Notes under the pieces: generated by a model
What the model was told of the DNA's origin: nothing
Databases searched by the model: none
What the model saw: the letters and a program-made list of their open reading frames with translations, nothing else
From: Vicugna vicugna
Taxonomy: Eukaryota
Direction: 5' to 3'
Assembly: GCA_013265495.1 (NCBI GenBank)
Contig: MU058824.1
Coordinates: 2,135,111 to 2,199,110, forward strand
Length of the DNA: 64,000 nt
Made by a program: the position numbers and the translations under genes
In this document: in pieces, positions 1 to 11,459 of the stretch
Layout of the letters: each line of letters starts with the position of its first letter
How positions within the stretch are numbered: position 1 is the stretch's first letter

Positions 1-2100
1 TGGGAGGGCGCATTCCTTGGTCACTGGAGTCCCTTGACCACTGGAGCCATTCAGTTTCTGTGCATTTCCCAGCTTACTGGCTCTCAGGACATCTTCCAGT
101 TGTGGCTTAGGAGCTGGAGTCTTCTTGGACTCTCTATCACTATCTCCCTGGATTCTATGGCCTTTGAAGGAATCCCTAAATTAATCTCTAATATCCTTCT
201 CCTAAACTCCAAGAAGATGCTCTCCGTTGTGCTGACCCCCTCCAGACACTCTGTTCTCTGCCTTTGTGGCACTGCTCCTCCCTGATAGGAGTCTCCTGGA
301 ATACGACTCCACTCTCATCCCTTGGGTCATGAACTGCCATTGCTTGACTTGGAGTGACTCTGGACTACCTCTCCTGTCCCCCATACACTCCTGCTCTACC
401 ACAGTTTGTCCGTGATGATGGGTGTGAGGAGCTAAAAAGTTTGCTCTTCCCCTTGGACTGAAGGTCCTCTGTGAACCATGACCAACATCTCAGGGCCCTC
501 TGGCCTTCGTTGCTCACAGCTGAGGGTCAGGGAGAGGACTGTCCAAGATGTGGACTGTGATCAGCCTGTCTCTCAATCTGCCTAAGGGTTTCTCTTAAAG
601 AGATAAGCAACCTTGGTTTAGCCATCCCTGAAACATGGAAGACTAAGAGAGAAAGATGGACTGAGAAAGAGGCTGTGATCGAGTCTGTATCAACTAAACA
701 GTTCTATGGACTCAAGGACCTTGAGAGGTAAGCTCTATCTTTGCTGTACCCAAAACCATGTAATCTGGGCTTCCAGTGCTTGTTTAATGCCTGAATCAAG
801 GAAGGAAAGCTTCCAAGAGGTGGCAACAATGAACTGTACATACCTACAGGGCTCCTACCGGAAACGTCTACCCAACTTTTTGTCCAAGTGAATCTTTAGG
901 GTGTTTTCCAGTTGCTTCTGATCTGGGTTCCCCCTTGAGCTCCCTGAGTGACATACAGAGTCGGAGTCTAGATTCCTTGCAGGTAGCTTTCTAAATATCT
1001 GGATTATTTGGGGGATCTTCCCCAGACTATGTCCCTGACTCTGTGGGTCGTTCCCTAGGTGGCACTGCCGGCCCTTCACACGGAGTTTCCCCAGTGTCAT
1101 GTGGTTGCCTCAGTGTTACGCAGCCTACATCCTTCTGTGCTGCTTCGCCTCCTGCCACAGAGGGCTGGGAAGGATCATGTTTGCCTTTTGGCCAAGAATT
1201 CCCTGCTAGTTTGTCCTGAGGCTGTAATCTTCGCCAGGTGCGTCCTATGTTGGATGAAGCTCTTTCGAAGGTGGTGCTCCAGCTTTCCCCAGATCTCATG
1301 GCTAATAGGAAATTCTCCAGCAAGGACGGAACCTGGTTTTGGAGGTGGAGAGGCTGTGTTACACTGAGGAATGCTGGGAGCTAGTGGATTAAAGATTTGC
1401 AGAGATCTTTGGACCGAAAGAGGGCAAACACCACACGTGTTCCAGCTGCTTCTGCAGTGCCACTCCAAGGGTTGAATTTCCCTTGGGATGAGAGACTGTA
1501 CTTCACCCTGGAGTTCAGAGAGAGACACTCCGCAGGACCTAGCTGGGGTAACAGGAGAGAGGTTAAAGGTAGGCCTGAGTTAGGGCTGGATGTGGGCAGG
1601 GTGCGAGATGAGAGTGGGCTGGGGCTGCAGTTGGGTTTCTTTTATTCTGAATGTGGACCGGGCCCAATAGGGAACCCACTGAATAAGCCAAAGGGAGATG
1701 CCAGTGGGTATCAGCCACCTGGGACCAGGACAGTAGCCCCAGGGACTCACTGTGCAGAGAGGGGAGACCCTGGAAGAGCTGGCTCCATTTCTGCCACAGA
1801 GTCCCCTCAGGTTTTGGGGTTTGGAAACTGCTGAAGACCACGTAGCTACTCCACAAAGGTTGGGAGCCTGCAGTGTCCTTTTTGTCAGCAGGAAGCTCCT
1901 GAGTCATCCCAGAAGATTTCACTGGTAGTCTGCCTCAGTTGCGTGGGAAGCGTCCCTCCTCCTCTTCTCTCTCCTCCCATGTCAGCCTCAGCTGCATTGG
2001 GGCCTGGAGTCACATAAGCCATGCTAGGAAGAGGGGGACAGGAAAGAGGGAGAAGATTCACTAACACCTGCTTTTCCAAAGAGCAAGCAGTTCCCACGTT
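1..2100 (-). pseudogene. SPATA31/FAM205 (FAM75)-family pseudogene, remnant of the large terminal exon; 3' part runs off the window
   Basis: Minus-strand translations give family-typical blocks in the expected order: QKWSQLFQGLPSLHSESL (~1740-1795), VQRSLQIFNPLAP...GEFPISHEIWGKLEHHLRKSFIQHR (ORF 1175-1528), KQLENTLKIHLDKKLG (ORF 855-1100), LSFLDSGIKQALEAQITWFWVQQR*SLPLKVLESIELF (~695-815) and ILEINLGIPSKAIESRE (~140-195). The blocks are in different frames with in-frame stops (e.g. TAG at 735-737). The paralogue cannot be assigned by eye. Confidence 0.85.
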
Positions 2101-2470
2101 ACATGAGCTCCTTTCTGGCGAGCTCTCCCAGCTGGAAAACCAGGCAACACAGTCACGTGCGGTGAAGGTAGGAGCAAAGGCTCTTACAGGAGGCTTAGCA
2201 AAACTGTCCTCTGGGGGAGGCCCTTGGGAGACTAGACTCTAAGACCCTAAGCATTAGTACACACGGTCAAATAGTCACTGACAACAGACAGGCTCAAGTC
2301 TGGAATAGCGTTTTATACTTTATCCCATCTGATCCTCGTAACCACACTGTGAGGGATGAAGGTCAAGTGTATCTCAAGAAGGAATCTGAACCTTAAAAGC
2401 GTGAAACAGTTTGTCCCAAATCAGGACCCAAAAGTTCGGCCTCCAGGTATCTGTTCCACGGTGTCTCACA

Positions 2471-2484
2471 CTGCCACCTGGTGG
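2471..2484 (-). promoter_or_regulatory. Candidate CTCF binding site
   Basis: Minus strand reads CCACCAGGTGGCAG, matching the CTCF core CCASYAGRKGGCRS; occupancy unknown. Confidence 0.45.
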
Positions 2485-2729
2485 GCAAGACCCACTGGCC
2501 AGCTCCACCGTTCTCCCACTCTTGTGGATGGGCTGAGCAGGAGACTGGGGAAGCGTTCTTGGATCTGACTTCTTCCTCTAACTCTCCCTGTTGAGGCCTT
2601 TGTTTTCTAAGGGGGATGAGCTCTAGTGGCTGACGCCCTTAGAGACTGTGGACTTGGACCTGGGTCTCACGGAAAGGAGACATTAAGGTTAACCCTTGAG
2701 AGCTCAGGACAGAACAGGCAGAGCCTTAC

Positions 2730-2773
2730 CTACCAAATGCTCACTCTCTGCTCCTCTTCTCTCTACTCTGATG
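2730..2773 (-). pseudogene. Probable small upstream exon of the SPATA31-like pseudogene
   Basis: On the minus strand: polypyrimidine tract + CAG acceptor (ctttcttgcttttcag), 44-nt exon reading HQSREKRSRE*, then a GTAAGG donor (2724-2729). It resembles the short basic HQ-R-KR exon 2 of SPATA31 genes as I recall it, and contains a stop. Confidence 0.55.
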
Positions 2774-4679
2774 CTGAAAAGCAAGAAAGGAATGTGGGGT
2801 TTGGACTCAATTCTTATTCTCCTCTCTTTAGGCACATCATAATTCATGGATAAATCTTTCTCCATTGTGTTAACAGAGCTCTACATTACTTTTATTTATT
2901 TCTAAAGTGGATAAAAATATTTTTTATTTTCTTGAAAACCTCAGAGGAAGGTTTTCTGTGTGGGGTCCCTAGCTGATTTTTTTTCAATTAGGAGACCTCT
3001 CCTGAAGAAGGAGACAAAGTCTCAGATAGAATTTGCTCCAGAAGGTGGGATTCTGCTCCATGGGGACAGCACTGGGGCTCCAGCATCTGATTAGAAGCTT
3101 GTAGGGGCCCAGCACTGCTATTCAGATCAGCTCTAACACAGAAGAGAGCCTTGACCAAGGAACCCAGATGGGACGGTGACTGATGAACTGGTGTTGAGAA
3201 ACTCTCCTTCAGTTTCTCTGAACTCTCTTAGTAATCCAATCCGTGGCCCCTGAGTTGCATGCCTGGGTTTTTTTCCCAGACCCCAGTAGGACACCCAAAC
3301 AGGTGGTCTGTGGGTGCTGGATAGAGGCCCTAGTCTCTGCTCTAGCCCCTCCCTGCCCACAAAGATGATATTCTCTCCTTTTCTGACAGTTCCCCTCTCA
3401 CTTGTCTCTCTGGGCCACATAATTCATTTAGAAAACTAGAATGAGGGACAGGAAAAATTAAAAACTCAACTTCTGCTGGGGGCTCGTCTTCGGTTTCTCT
3501 AGAGTGGTGGTTGGGGGGCGGGTGGAGTAGACAGAGAGTGGGTAAACTCATAGCCCCTCAGCCTAGCAGGTCCCTCAACCCCTTCTACATCCTCCCACCC
3601 TTCTCTGGGCCTTTTTTATTCTCGACTCCATCTTATCACTGTATCAAATACATATCTTATTGTGTTTCCTATTTCTTCCAATTAGAGCCTAGATATTAAC
3701 TGGCTCCCTCTTTACCCCTTGGAGATCTCAACTTGAACTCCAGCAATTCCACAGCCTTTGAAAGTCAGAAGATCCCCTAGAATTTTTTGCTCATTTTCAA
3801 GGATTTACACTGGAGTCTTTAACTCCAGCTTCTCTGCATCTAGTCTGTTTTTGCCTTGCATCAACACAGACATAAAACTCATCCCTGCCTGCTTCAGTAT
3901 TCCCAGAACAATCCACTTTCACATAAAAGAATTTAGTGAGCAATGCATCCTTTTCTAAAGGTAGTGCAGCAGTGACCAGAGGGAGAGAGGTCCAGAGCAC
4001 ACACCATGGCAAACAACTTAAAAATCCCCTCCGATTAACTCCTGTTCTCCCAAAGTCCATTTTGTGTTGCTGTGCCCCTGAGGACTCTCAACTTTCCCTC
4101 CTCCACCCATGCAGCATCCCACCCTGCTGGTTCCTCTCTCCTCTCTCCCTGGTGCCTCCTCTTTTCTCAGCTTCTCCCTTGTTATACAGAGCAGTCCCCC
4201 TCTCCTAAGGCCCTACCTCAATCTGATATTCAAACCTGTCCTGATTTGAGGTGTAGGTGGGACCTTCTCTTTAAGCTGTTCCAACTTTATAAAGACAGTA
4301 GTTGGAGTATATATGAAAATATATTTTTATTAATTTTGAATCATGCCTACAATTACTTCTATGAAGGGTTTCTTGATTTTTCTCATCTACTTTCTATATT
4401 TTTACCAAAACTCCTATTGAAATCTCAATATTTTTTCTTTTGAGGTCGTGTATTTCATATAACTGTTCAAGTTTTCTCTTTTTAAAGCAGCTTTATTGAG
4501 GAACAGTTGTTTAAAATGTGTAATTTGATGAGTTTCGATATATACAAATACCACTGAAACCACCACAATTAAAAAGATGAGAAAATCACCCAATTTTCTA
4601 ATAAAACAAGAAAGTTCCAGTTAAAAAGTCCAGCTGATAAACCATAATATATATTCCCATGCTGGTAGACTCACATGAG

Positions 4680-5200
4680 ATTGAGAAAGTGTGACCCTGC
4701 AGAGGCCAAAAGTGCAGGGATAGGAAGCATAGTCCTACAGTAGGTCATTGAGATGGATGGTTAGTAGGGCCACTGCTGCTTCCACCTCTTGGTTCCCAGG
4801 CCTTCTGTCCTTCCTGCTGGTGCACTCACACCTATAGGGGTCTCTGATTTAATAAATGCACTGCATCCTGAAGAATGGCACTATTCTTTCAGGGTGTTTC
4901 CCCAGAGATGGTGCATCAGTTGTACCTTTAGAAGGGCATTTCAGCATTCTGTGAGGCTACCAGCCTCCAGGTGCAGCACGTGATATCAAGCAGTGCATCC
5001 CACGACCCTGGGCTCATTCCCATACCTCAGCCACTGGTCATATGCTGTGCTTGGTGGGATTCCATGCCTGTGGATTGGGCAATTCTCATGACCATAGCAG
5101 ATTAAAAGTAACAGGATGAACATTATGGGAATCATATTGAGAAAATGGAGGTTGTCAATGTACAGTAATAGATAGGGTGAGTGGTAAAGCAGAGGGAAAG
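4680..5200 (-). mobile_element. ERVL/MaLR internal (integrase) remnant
   Basis: Degenerate minus-strand translation HRHGIPPSTAYDQ...EAGSLTEC*NALLKVQL...ILQDAVHLLNQRP resembles ERVL integrase (HGIPHSIASDQ...AAGLIERWNGLLK...LQKAVYALNQRP). Confidence 0.65.
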
Positions 5201-5216
5201 AAAAAGGATCCTGGGT

Positions 5217-5359
5217 GGGGGAAGGTATAGCTGAGTGATAGAGTGCATGCTTAGCATGCATGAGTGTTGGATTCAATCCCCAGTGCCTCCATTAAAAGTA
5301 AATGAATAAACAAACCTAATTACTGCACACACACACACTCCCCAAAAAAGAAAAAAAAA
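5217..5359 (+). mobile_element. tRNA-derived SINE (Vic-1-like, camelid)
   Basis: A box (TAGCTGAGTGA), tgcttagcatgca, B-box-like GGATTCAATCCC, aaataaac-ctaattac body, A tail, and similar flanks (aaagaaaaaggatcctg / aaagaaaaaaaaatggattctg). Confidence 0.85.
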
Positions 5360-7199
5360 TGGATTCTGTAGAACCAGAAAGTTAATCTTGTTCTGTCATC
5401 TTGGATAGAAGCTATCCACTTCCAAAGTCTGCAAGTTTTGGAAAATTCCTAAGAATCCTCAGTCTGAGGTCTCCTAGTGGAGTGGATGTCTTGTAGTCAA
5501 GAGAAGGTGATGTATGCCTTTTCAGCTGACAAACGTGTATCCATTAATTAACAGTTTGGAGTTTCATGCTGTCAGTTGTTAATAGTGGCTGATTAGACCC
5601 TTTCTGTTGAAGCTTAAGTGCATTTTCCTCTGATGTCTTTTCCGAAACCAAATCATATTTCAGGTCATGCAGAGGCTGCTCAGGTAGATGTTTTGGACTT
5701 TTCTAAAAATAAAGCCAAAAACAAAACCAGTAACATGTTTCAGCCACCTTTCCCTCTTGCATGCCATTTCTTCCACCAATCTCTGCAAGGGGGAGGGGGC
5801 ATTTCTTAGTCATATCTGTCTGCCTTCTACAGAGACACACACAGGGCGGATGCAGGTAAAGATTTAGAAAAAAATGTTGAACTGAATGGCATGGTGCCCA
5901 CCTCGCTTGCCGTGGGTTTGTTCTTTCCGCGTGTCCAGCCTGGTGGATCTGTGCTGGAGCATGCACTGCTCCTGTCCTGAGAGCCTGGCCATACTCCAGG
6001 GCAGTACTCACTGCTTGATGAAGCCAGAGAAGTGCCTGCAGCGGATGAGCACATCCCCATCCAGCGTGCAAACGGTAGTGAAATCACTGCAGCTTCCTGT
6101 GGGGAATCTAGCACCGTGAACCCAACCCCAACAGAAAGATGCTCGTGGCTATCTTAATAGAAACAGTTTTTCAGAGTCCTTGCATCTTTATGCTATCTAG
6201 GGTCATTACCACTGGAGTTTCGCTTTTATCTTTTCCTTTGTCTTCCAACATCATGAGACTGCCTTTATAAGGAAAGGTTTTTCTTGCATCCTCACTTGCT
6301 CTGTGGTGGAATGGGCTGCTGTGGGAAGTTTGAGTCCTTGCCTTGGGTGCTGGATAACTAATTGGCAGAGATGTTGTGGAGGTGGGGAGGAAGATTCCCA
6401 TCCCTGAGATGCAATGAGTCTCTGGTGCCCATTGTCCCTAGGACGCCGCCAGAGGTACGCAATCTGTTGTGGATTTCGCAATGCAGCTTTGAGGTTAGTG
6501 ATGCAATTTCATTCAGGGTAAAACTGTGGCTGGTGAGATGGACCCCAGGCTGCTACTAGGGCTCGAAGGGTTGACTCATGCTTCACAGCCCCTGCCAGCA
6601 TTTCGGAGGGAAGCGATGCTGTCTCTCATTCCTCTTCCTCCGCTTATCCCCTAAAGGTGGGCGGCAGGTCTTCAGCCCTCCTCTCTTTCATTCTACACAC
6701 CCCACCCCACCCCCTGCCCTGGGAAATCTCAACCACACCCCTGGCTTCATCCCCTGCCTCTGTGATGATAAATCCTAACTCTGTGTCTCCAGTTTTGACC
6801 TCATCCCTTAGCAAACAGACCCATCAAACCAGCAGTTTACTGAACATCTCCATCTCGTTGTCCTAGATCTTAAACTTGATGCATCCCAAACTAAGATGTT
6901 TTCTCCTGCTCTCAAAACTGACACACCTCACCTAGCCAGCCACCCTACACCGGAACCTTCCTCCATCTCCCTCTCAAGTCCACATCCTACATGTTACACC
7001 CTGCAGTGCCTCTTTTTATCAGTCTTTCAAAATTCTAGTTCTGTTGCCACTGATTTCATTATCCCTCTCCCAGGCTTTACTGCCTGGCCTCGTTGCTGAT
7101 CCCTGTGCCAGCTCCCTCTAACCACTACATTCTATGCTGCTGCCAGAGTGACCTTCTTCAACCTAGGTGGGATTGTGTCTCTCGCCTCCAAACAAGCAA

Positions 7200-7795
7200 G
7201 CATAAAGCATAAGAAGACTGACAGCACTAAGTGTTGGCCACGATATAGAGGAACCAGAACTCCCATGCGTTACTGGTGGGTGTGTAAATAGAACAATTTT
7301 AGAAAAACTAGCAATGTCTATACAAATAGACATATGTGTACCCTATGATCCGGCAATTCTGCTTCTAGATTTGTACCCAACAGATGTACATCCATAAAAG
7401 AACCAAAAGTCATGTGCAAGAAGGTTTACTGCCCCAAACTGGAAACTATACAATGCTCATTAGTAATTGTGATACTTTCATACAATGAGATATTCACAGT
7501 GATAAGGAACAAACTAGTTTTATGTATAGCAACACGGATGAGTCTTGAAAACATTGCTTTGAGTCAAAGAAGCCAAATGCAAGAAAATAGGGAAAACTAA
7601 TTTATTGCATTAAAGTTAGGATAGTGCTTTCTCTTATGATTGGCTAGTTCCTTAAAGGGGGCCAAGGGCGATTTCTGGAGTTTTAGTAATGATTTATTTA
7701 CTTAAGTGGGTACTATTTACATAGGTGTGGTCAGTTTGTGAAAATGTTTGCACTTTTTTTGTTTTTATGCTACACTGAAATAAAAAGTTTGCTAA
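7200..7795 (+). mobile_element. Old L1 (L1M) 3' region fragment
   Basis: Typical L1 end-of-ORF2/3'UTR motifs (ccctatgatccggcaattctgcttctag; gcaacacggatgagtcttgaaaacatt; agaagccaaatgc). Confidence 0.7.
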
Positions 7796-7819
7796 CACCT
7801 CCCCCCACACACACCACCA

Positions 7820-8300
7820 ACAAAATTCCTTCCATGATCCTCATAACCAGAGGAAACATTTCCAAACCCTAGCAAAACATTCAGTGTTCTCCACGACATG
7901 ACCCAGTCTACCAGGCCATCTCCTTCTCACCTGTGCATGTGTGCCATCCACACTAGGTCACTCCCCGTTCTGCTTGTGCATCTCTGTGCCCTTGCTTTTG
8001 TGGTTCCTTCAGCCTGGAATTCCTCTATCTGTCTCTATACTGAAAATGCCACCTCCTCTGTGAGGCCTCCCCTGATTTCTCAGGACAAACAGATCTCTCC
8101 TGGGGTTGCATTCCCATGGCATGCTGTTTTTTCCTCTCTCAGAGCCCTTAGCTCTCTCTGCTTGCATCTGTTTCCTCGACTGTTAGTAAACCTCTGAGGT
8201 GTTAGGAAAAGTGTCTCATTCACTTTTGTAAAATTTTCTAGAGCCAGTGCCATGCCTGCTACAGGGCTTGCGCTAACAAATATCTGACAAATGACTGAGT
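7820..8300 (+). mobile_element. L2 fragment
   Basis: L2-like motifs (gttccttcagcctggaat, aatgccacctcctctgtgaggcctcccctga, acaaatatctgacaaatgactgagtg). Confidence 0.6.
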
Positions 8301-8389
8301 GCAAGCTGTGAGTTAAGGCACAGCCTGTACTGCCGGAAAGCCAAGACATCCAGCATGCCTGCAAAAAAGCCTCTGCCAAGAGCCAAGTC

Positions 8390-8720
8390 CCTTTGGAAAT
8401 AAACACATCCTGCAGTCCTTTATTGGTTGCTGACAGCCGAGCAGATGTAAATGTGTTGTGTGCATTGTGGGCGTGTCCAATTAAACTCAGTGGGACTGAT
8501 TAGCCCCACTGACATGAATAAGCTGTGCAAATATGTGGTTAATGACCATGTCACTCCGTGTCAATTCTTAATCCCAGATAATTAGCAGATAGATAATTGG
8601 TGGAAGAATGGGAGGTGCTGATGGATGTCCCATCACTTTGGTGAAGCTAATGATCCTCTATGGATTAAGACCCACCCTCTGTAAGTGTTGATGGCTCCTA
8701 TTTGAAATACTCTTTTTAAA
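8390..8720. promoter_or_regulatory. Candidate distal enhancer downstream of FOXE1
   Basis: Non-repetitive stretch with dense TAAT/ATTA cores (CAATTA, TAATCC 8569-8574, two AGATAATT, GGATTA 8662-8667), forkhead ATAAACA (8399-8405), MEIS TGACAG (8431-8436), SOX CATTGT and RUNX TGTGGTT. Confidence 0.45.
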
Positions 8721-9026
8721 AGGGCCTAGGTCCAAGAAGAGGTGTCAGGAACTCCAGAGTGGGGCATTGGCATCAGCACTAATTCCCTGGGCTGCTTCCA
8801 TGCAAGGTGGGTGGAAGGGCCCCACTGCTGCCAGCCTAGTGCCGGCAGCTCAGAGCCCTGTACTGCCCCTGACTTGGTGGGGAATCCTGAGTAGGCTCTT
8901 TGTCCTCTCTTGGCTTTGCCATTTGTTTAATGGCAAAGGGTGGAAGGAATGGAGTGGACATGCTGATTTGAGAACCCATTGTAGACAAGAGTTTCCCTAC
9001 TCTGCTCCCTCTTGTGACACCAGAGG

Positions 9027-9530
9027 TGTGGTCAGTAGGACTGGATGTCAGGGTGCTGTGAAGGGATGTTCTGGGGGTGAAAGCAGACATCTGAGATGTG
9101 AGCTGACAGTATCTTACATGACCTAAGGCAGGGTGCAAGCTGGTTCCACAGTGTTGAGTCATCACTGGGAAGCGGCTGGCCATTTCTGAGGCCCCTTTGC
9201 ACTGAGCTGGGGCCTTGGGAGTGGTCCTCACCAAAGGAAGGTGAGTCTAAGTGATGTATGTCACTTCCGGGCCTGCCTGTGAAGAAGAGGGGTGCCTTCT
9301 TCATGCTCTCTTTACCCTTCCTCTCTCCGTATTTATAGTAAGACGGGAACCCAGAGCATGAAGGGAGCCTTGAGATGTCAAGAGCCTGAGGTCCCTGAAT
9401 TAACACACAGTCACCTGGCAGCCAGGAACACCCTATACAGACTATTCATGAGTGGGAAATAAAATCTCATTGTGTCAAAATTTCAAAATTCTGGGGCTTA
9501 TTTGTCACGGAAGTGAGAGGTCCCTAATAG
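9027..9530 (+). mobile_element. MaLR LTR (MLT1-type)
   Basis: Motifs tgtatgtcacttccgggcctg, gagcctgaggtccctgaat and gaaataaaatctcattgtgt...ggggcttatttgt are typical of MLT1 LTRs. Confidence 0.7.
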
Positions 9531-9927
9531 ACGAGATAGGTAGTCAGGGAATTTGTTTCTTTCCATGAAGCTGATATTGAGAACTGGAAAGGGAAACTCA
9601 TTTATAGTCTACAGCTATTAAGCATCCTCTTTGTATGAGGTACTGTAATACCATGTTGTGTAGCTGATTTGAATCAATGTAAAGGAAAATGTCAAGTTAA
9701 TACTAGTATTGGTTACATGCAAATAAGGCAAAAACCAGGAAGCTGGCCTGTGAATGACTGAAGGGTAGTCAGCACTAATAAATCAGACAATGTTTGGCAC
9801 ATAGGAGGCACTTAGTAAGTTGAATTTTCTACACTGGTCAACTCCTGTGTGCCAGAAAAACGTTAGACAGTAGGGGTACAAAGTGAAAAAGGCACTGCTC
9901 TGTCCCCAAGGCGCTCATAGCCTAGAG

Positions 9928-10157
9928 CAGGGGTTATCACCAAGGAATAATTTTATCCCTTAGTGAACATTTGGCAACACCCAGAGACATTTTTGGTTTT
10001 CACATCACAGTGGGGGCAGGCGGGGGCTGGGCGATGGTAGAGTAGCTAGTGGGTAGTGGCCAGAGATACCGCCAAATGTTCTACAGTGCAGAGGACAGTC
10101 CCCTACAACGTATTATCTGGCCCCAAATCTCAATAGTGCTAAGATTCAAAAACTCTG
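9928..10157. mobile_element. MER20-like hAT DNA transposon
   Basis: CAG...CTG termini, with gacatttggcaac-cagagacattttggtt and tatctggccccaaatctcaatagtgc. Confidence 0.75.
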
Positions 10158-11459
10158 GTTAGTATATTTCTAAGAACTGAAGGATAAAGAGATGAATCCA
10201 CTAGGGGCTCCAAACTTATAAAGACAGACACCCGAGGCAGTGCTGTTATGGTGTAACAAAGATCCGTTTCAACTGTGGGGATTGTCTGAGGGCCTTGGGT
10301 GATGGTTGGATGTGAGTGGGCTACAGACTGGACTGCCATGTAGGACACACCCAGAGAGAGAGGCACCTGGGGAACGTCACTGAGCAACCTGCAAAGCTGA
10401 AAGAGACCTAATTCCAGCTGTGAATCCCGTTAGGGCTTCAAGCATTGCCTGGGTGGGCCTGGGATAACGGGTGTGAAGATGCCTTGTAAAGGGTGAAATG
10501 TGGGCCAAGTCAAGTGACTGTAAAGAGATGGACTAGATGCTGGAGGATGGTTTGGATTTTAGAAGTTTTAACCTTTTAAACTCCTGTATAATGATTTTGT
10601 TGGCCTAGATAGTCTTTTTGTCCTGAACCAATAGCTAATTTCTTTTCTTAGAAGTTTTCCTCCAGGTGAACTAGTAGCACCAGGTTGCACAAACCCAAGG
10701 AGCATCACTCACATTACCCCCAGAGGGATGCCAGTTACACGGACAGTTGTGTGCACGGTGACCTTGGAGTCACACACCCTGCAGCCCTGGGTTCAACAGC
10801 TTTCACCTGCAACATTTAACAAGCCATTCATGCTCAAGAGAATGGAACTTAAAGGAAGCACTGCCATGGAATTGAGTGTAAAGGAATGAGCACTGGACTG
10901 GAAGTCAGGAGGCTAGTTATGAGGCTGCTACTCTAAGTGGTTAGACCATAATCTCTCTGAGCTTCAAAATTGATACAGCTGTGGATTTAAGACTTCTGAA
11001 TCAGAGTCCAGTGATCTTTATTTTATTTTATATTTTAAAGTCCAGTGATCTTTTTTTTCTCCAGTAATCTTTAAACAAAGTTTTTGGTGAAATATATCAT
11101 CCATATAGAAGAGGGAATTGATACAATATACACCATCATCATCATCAAATGGGCATCCTTGAGCCCACCATCCAGTTTAAGACGTCAGATTATTATCATA
11201 CACCCCTTTGGTTCCTCTCCTCTTTTGCTTCTGAAGTCTTCCCAGCCCAAGATAACCACTGACAGAATTTTGTGCTAATTATTCCCATGTATTTCTTCGG
11301 TTATACCATAATGGTATAGAGGACTGACATTCAGCCTGTTGCTCAGGTACAGCATTTCCCATCACTTACTGCTGGTGTTTGTTTTGGTTGGCTGGATGTT
11401 CACTCTGATTGATTGGTACCTATGCTGAATAGTTAGCAAATATTTCTAGTATCACTCCT

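Noticed and set aside
3402..3551. ATG-initiated 50-codon segment ending at a GTGAG donor as exon 1 of the SPATA31-like gene
   Set aside because: The phase fits the 2730-2773 exon, but the peptide lacks the hydrophobic N-terminal segment expected for the family, so it cannot be supported.
1..6500. TRMO exons expected from human synteny
   Set aside because: No TRMO-like peptide was recognised; the gene probably lies beyond the left edge.
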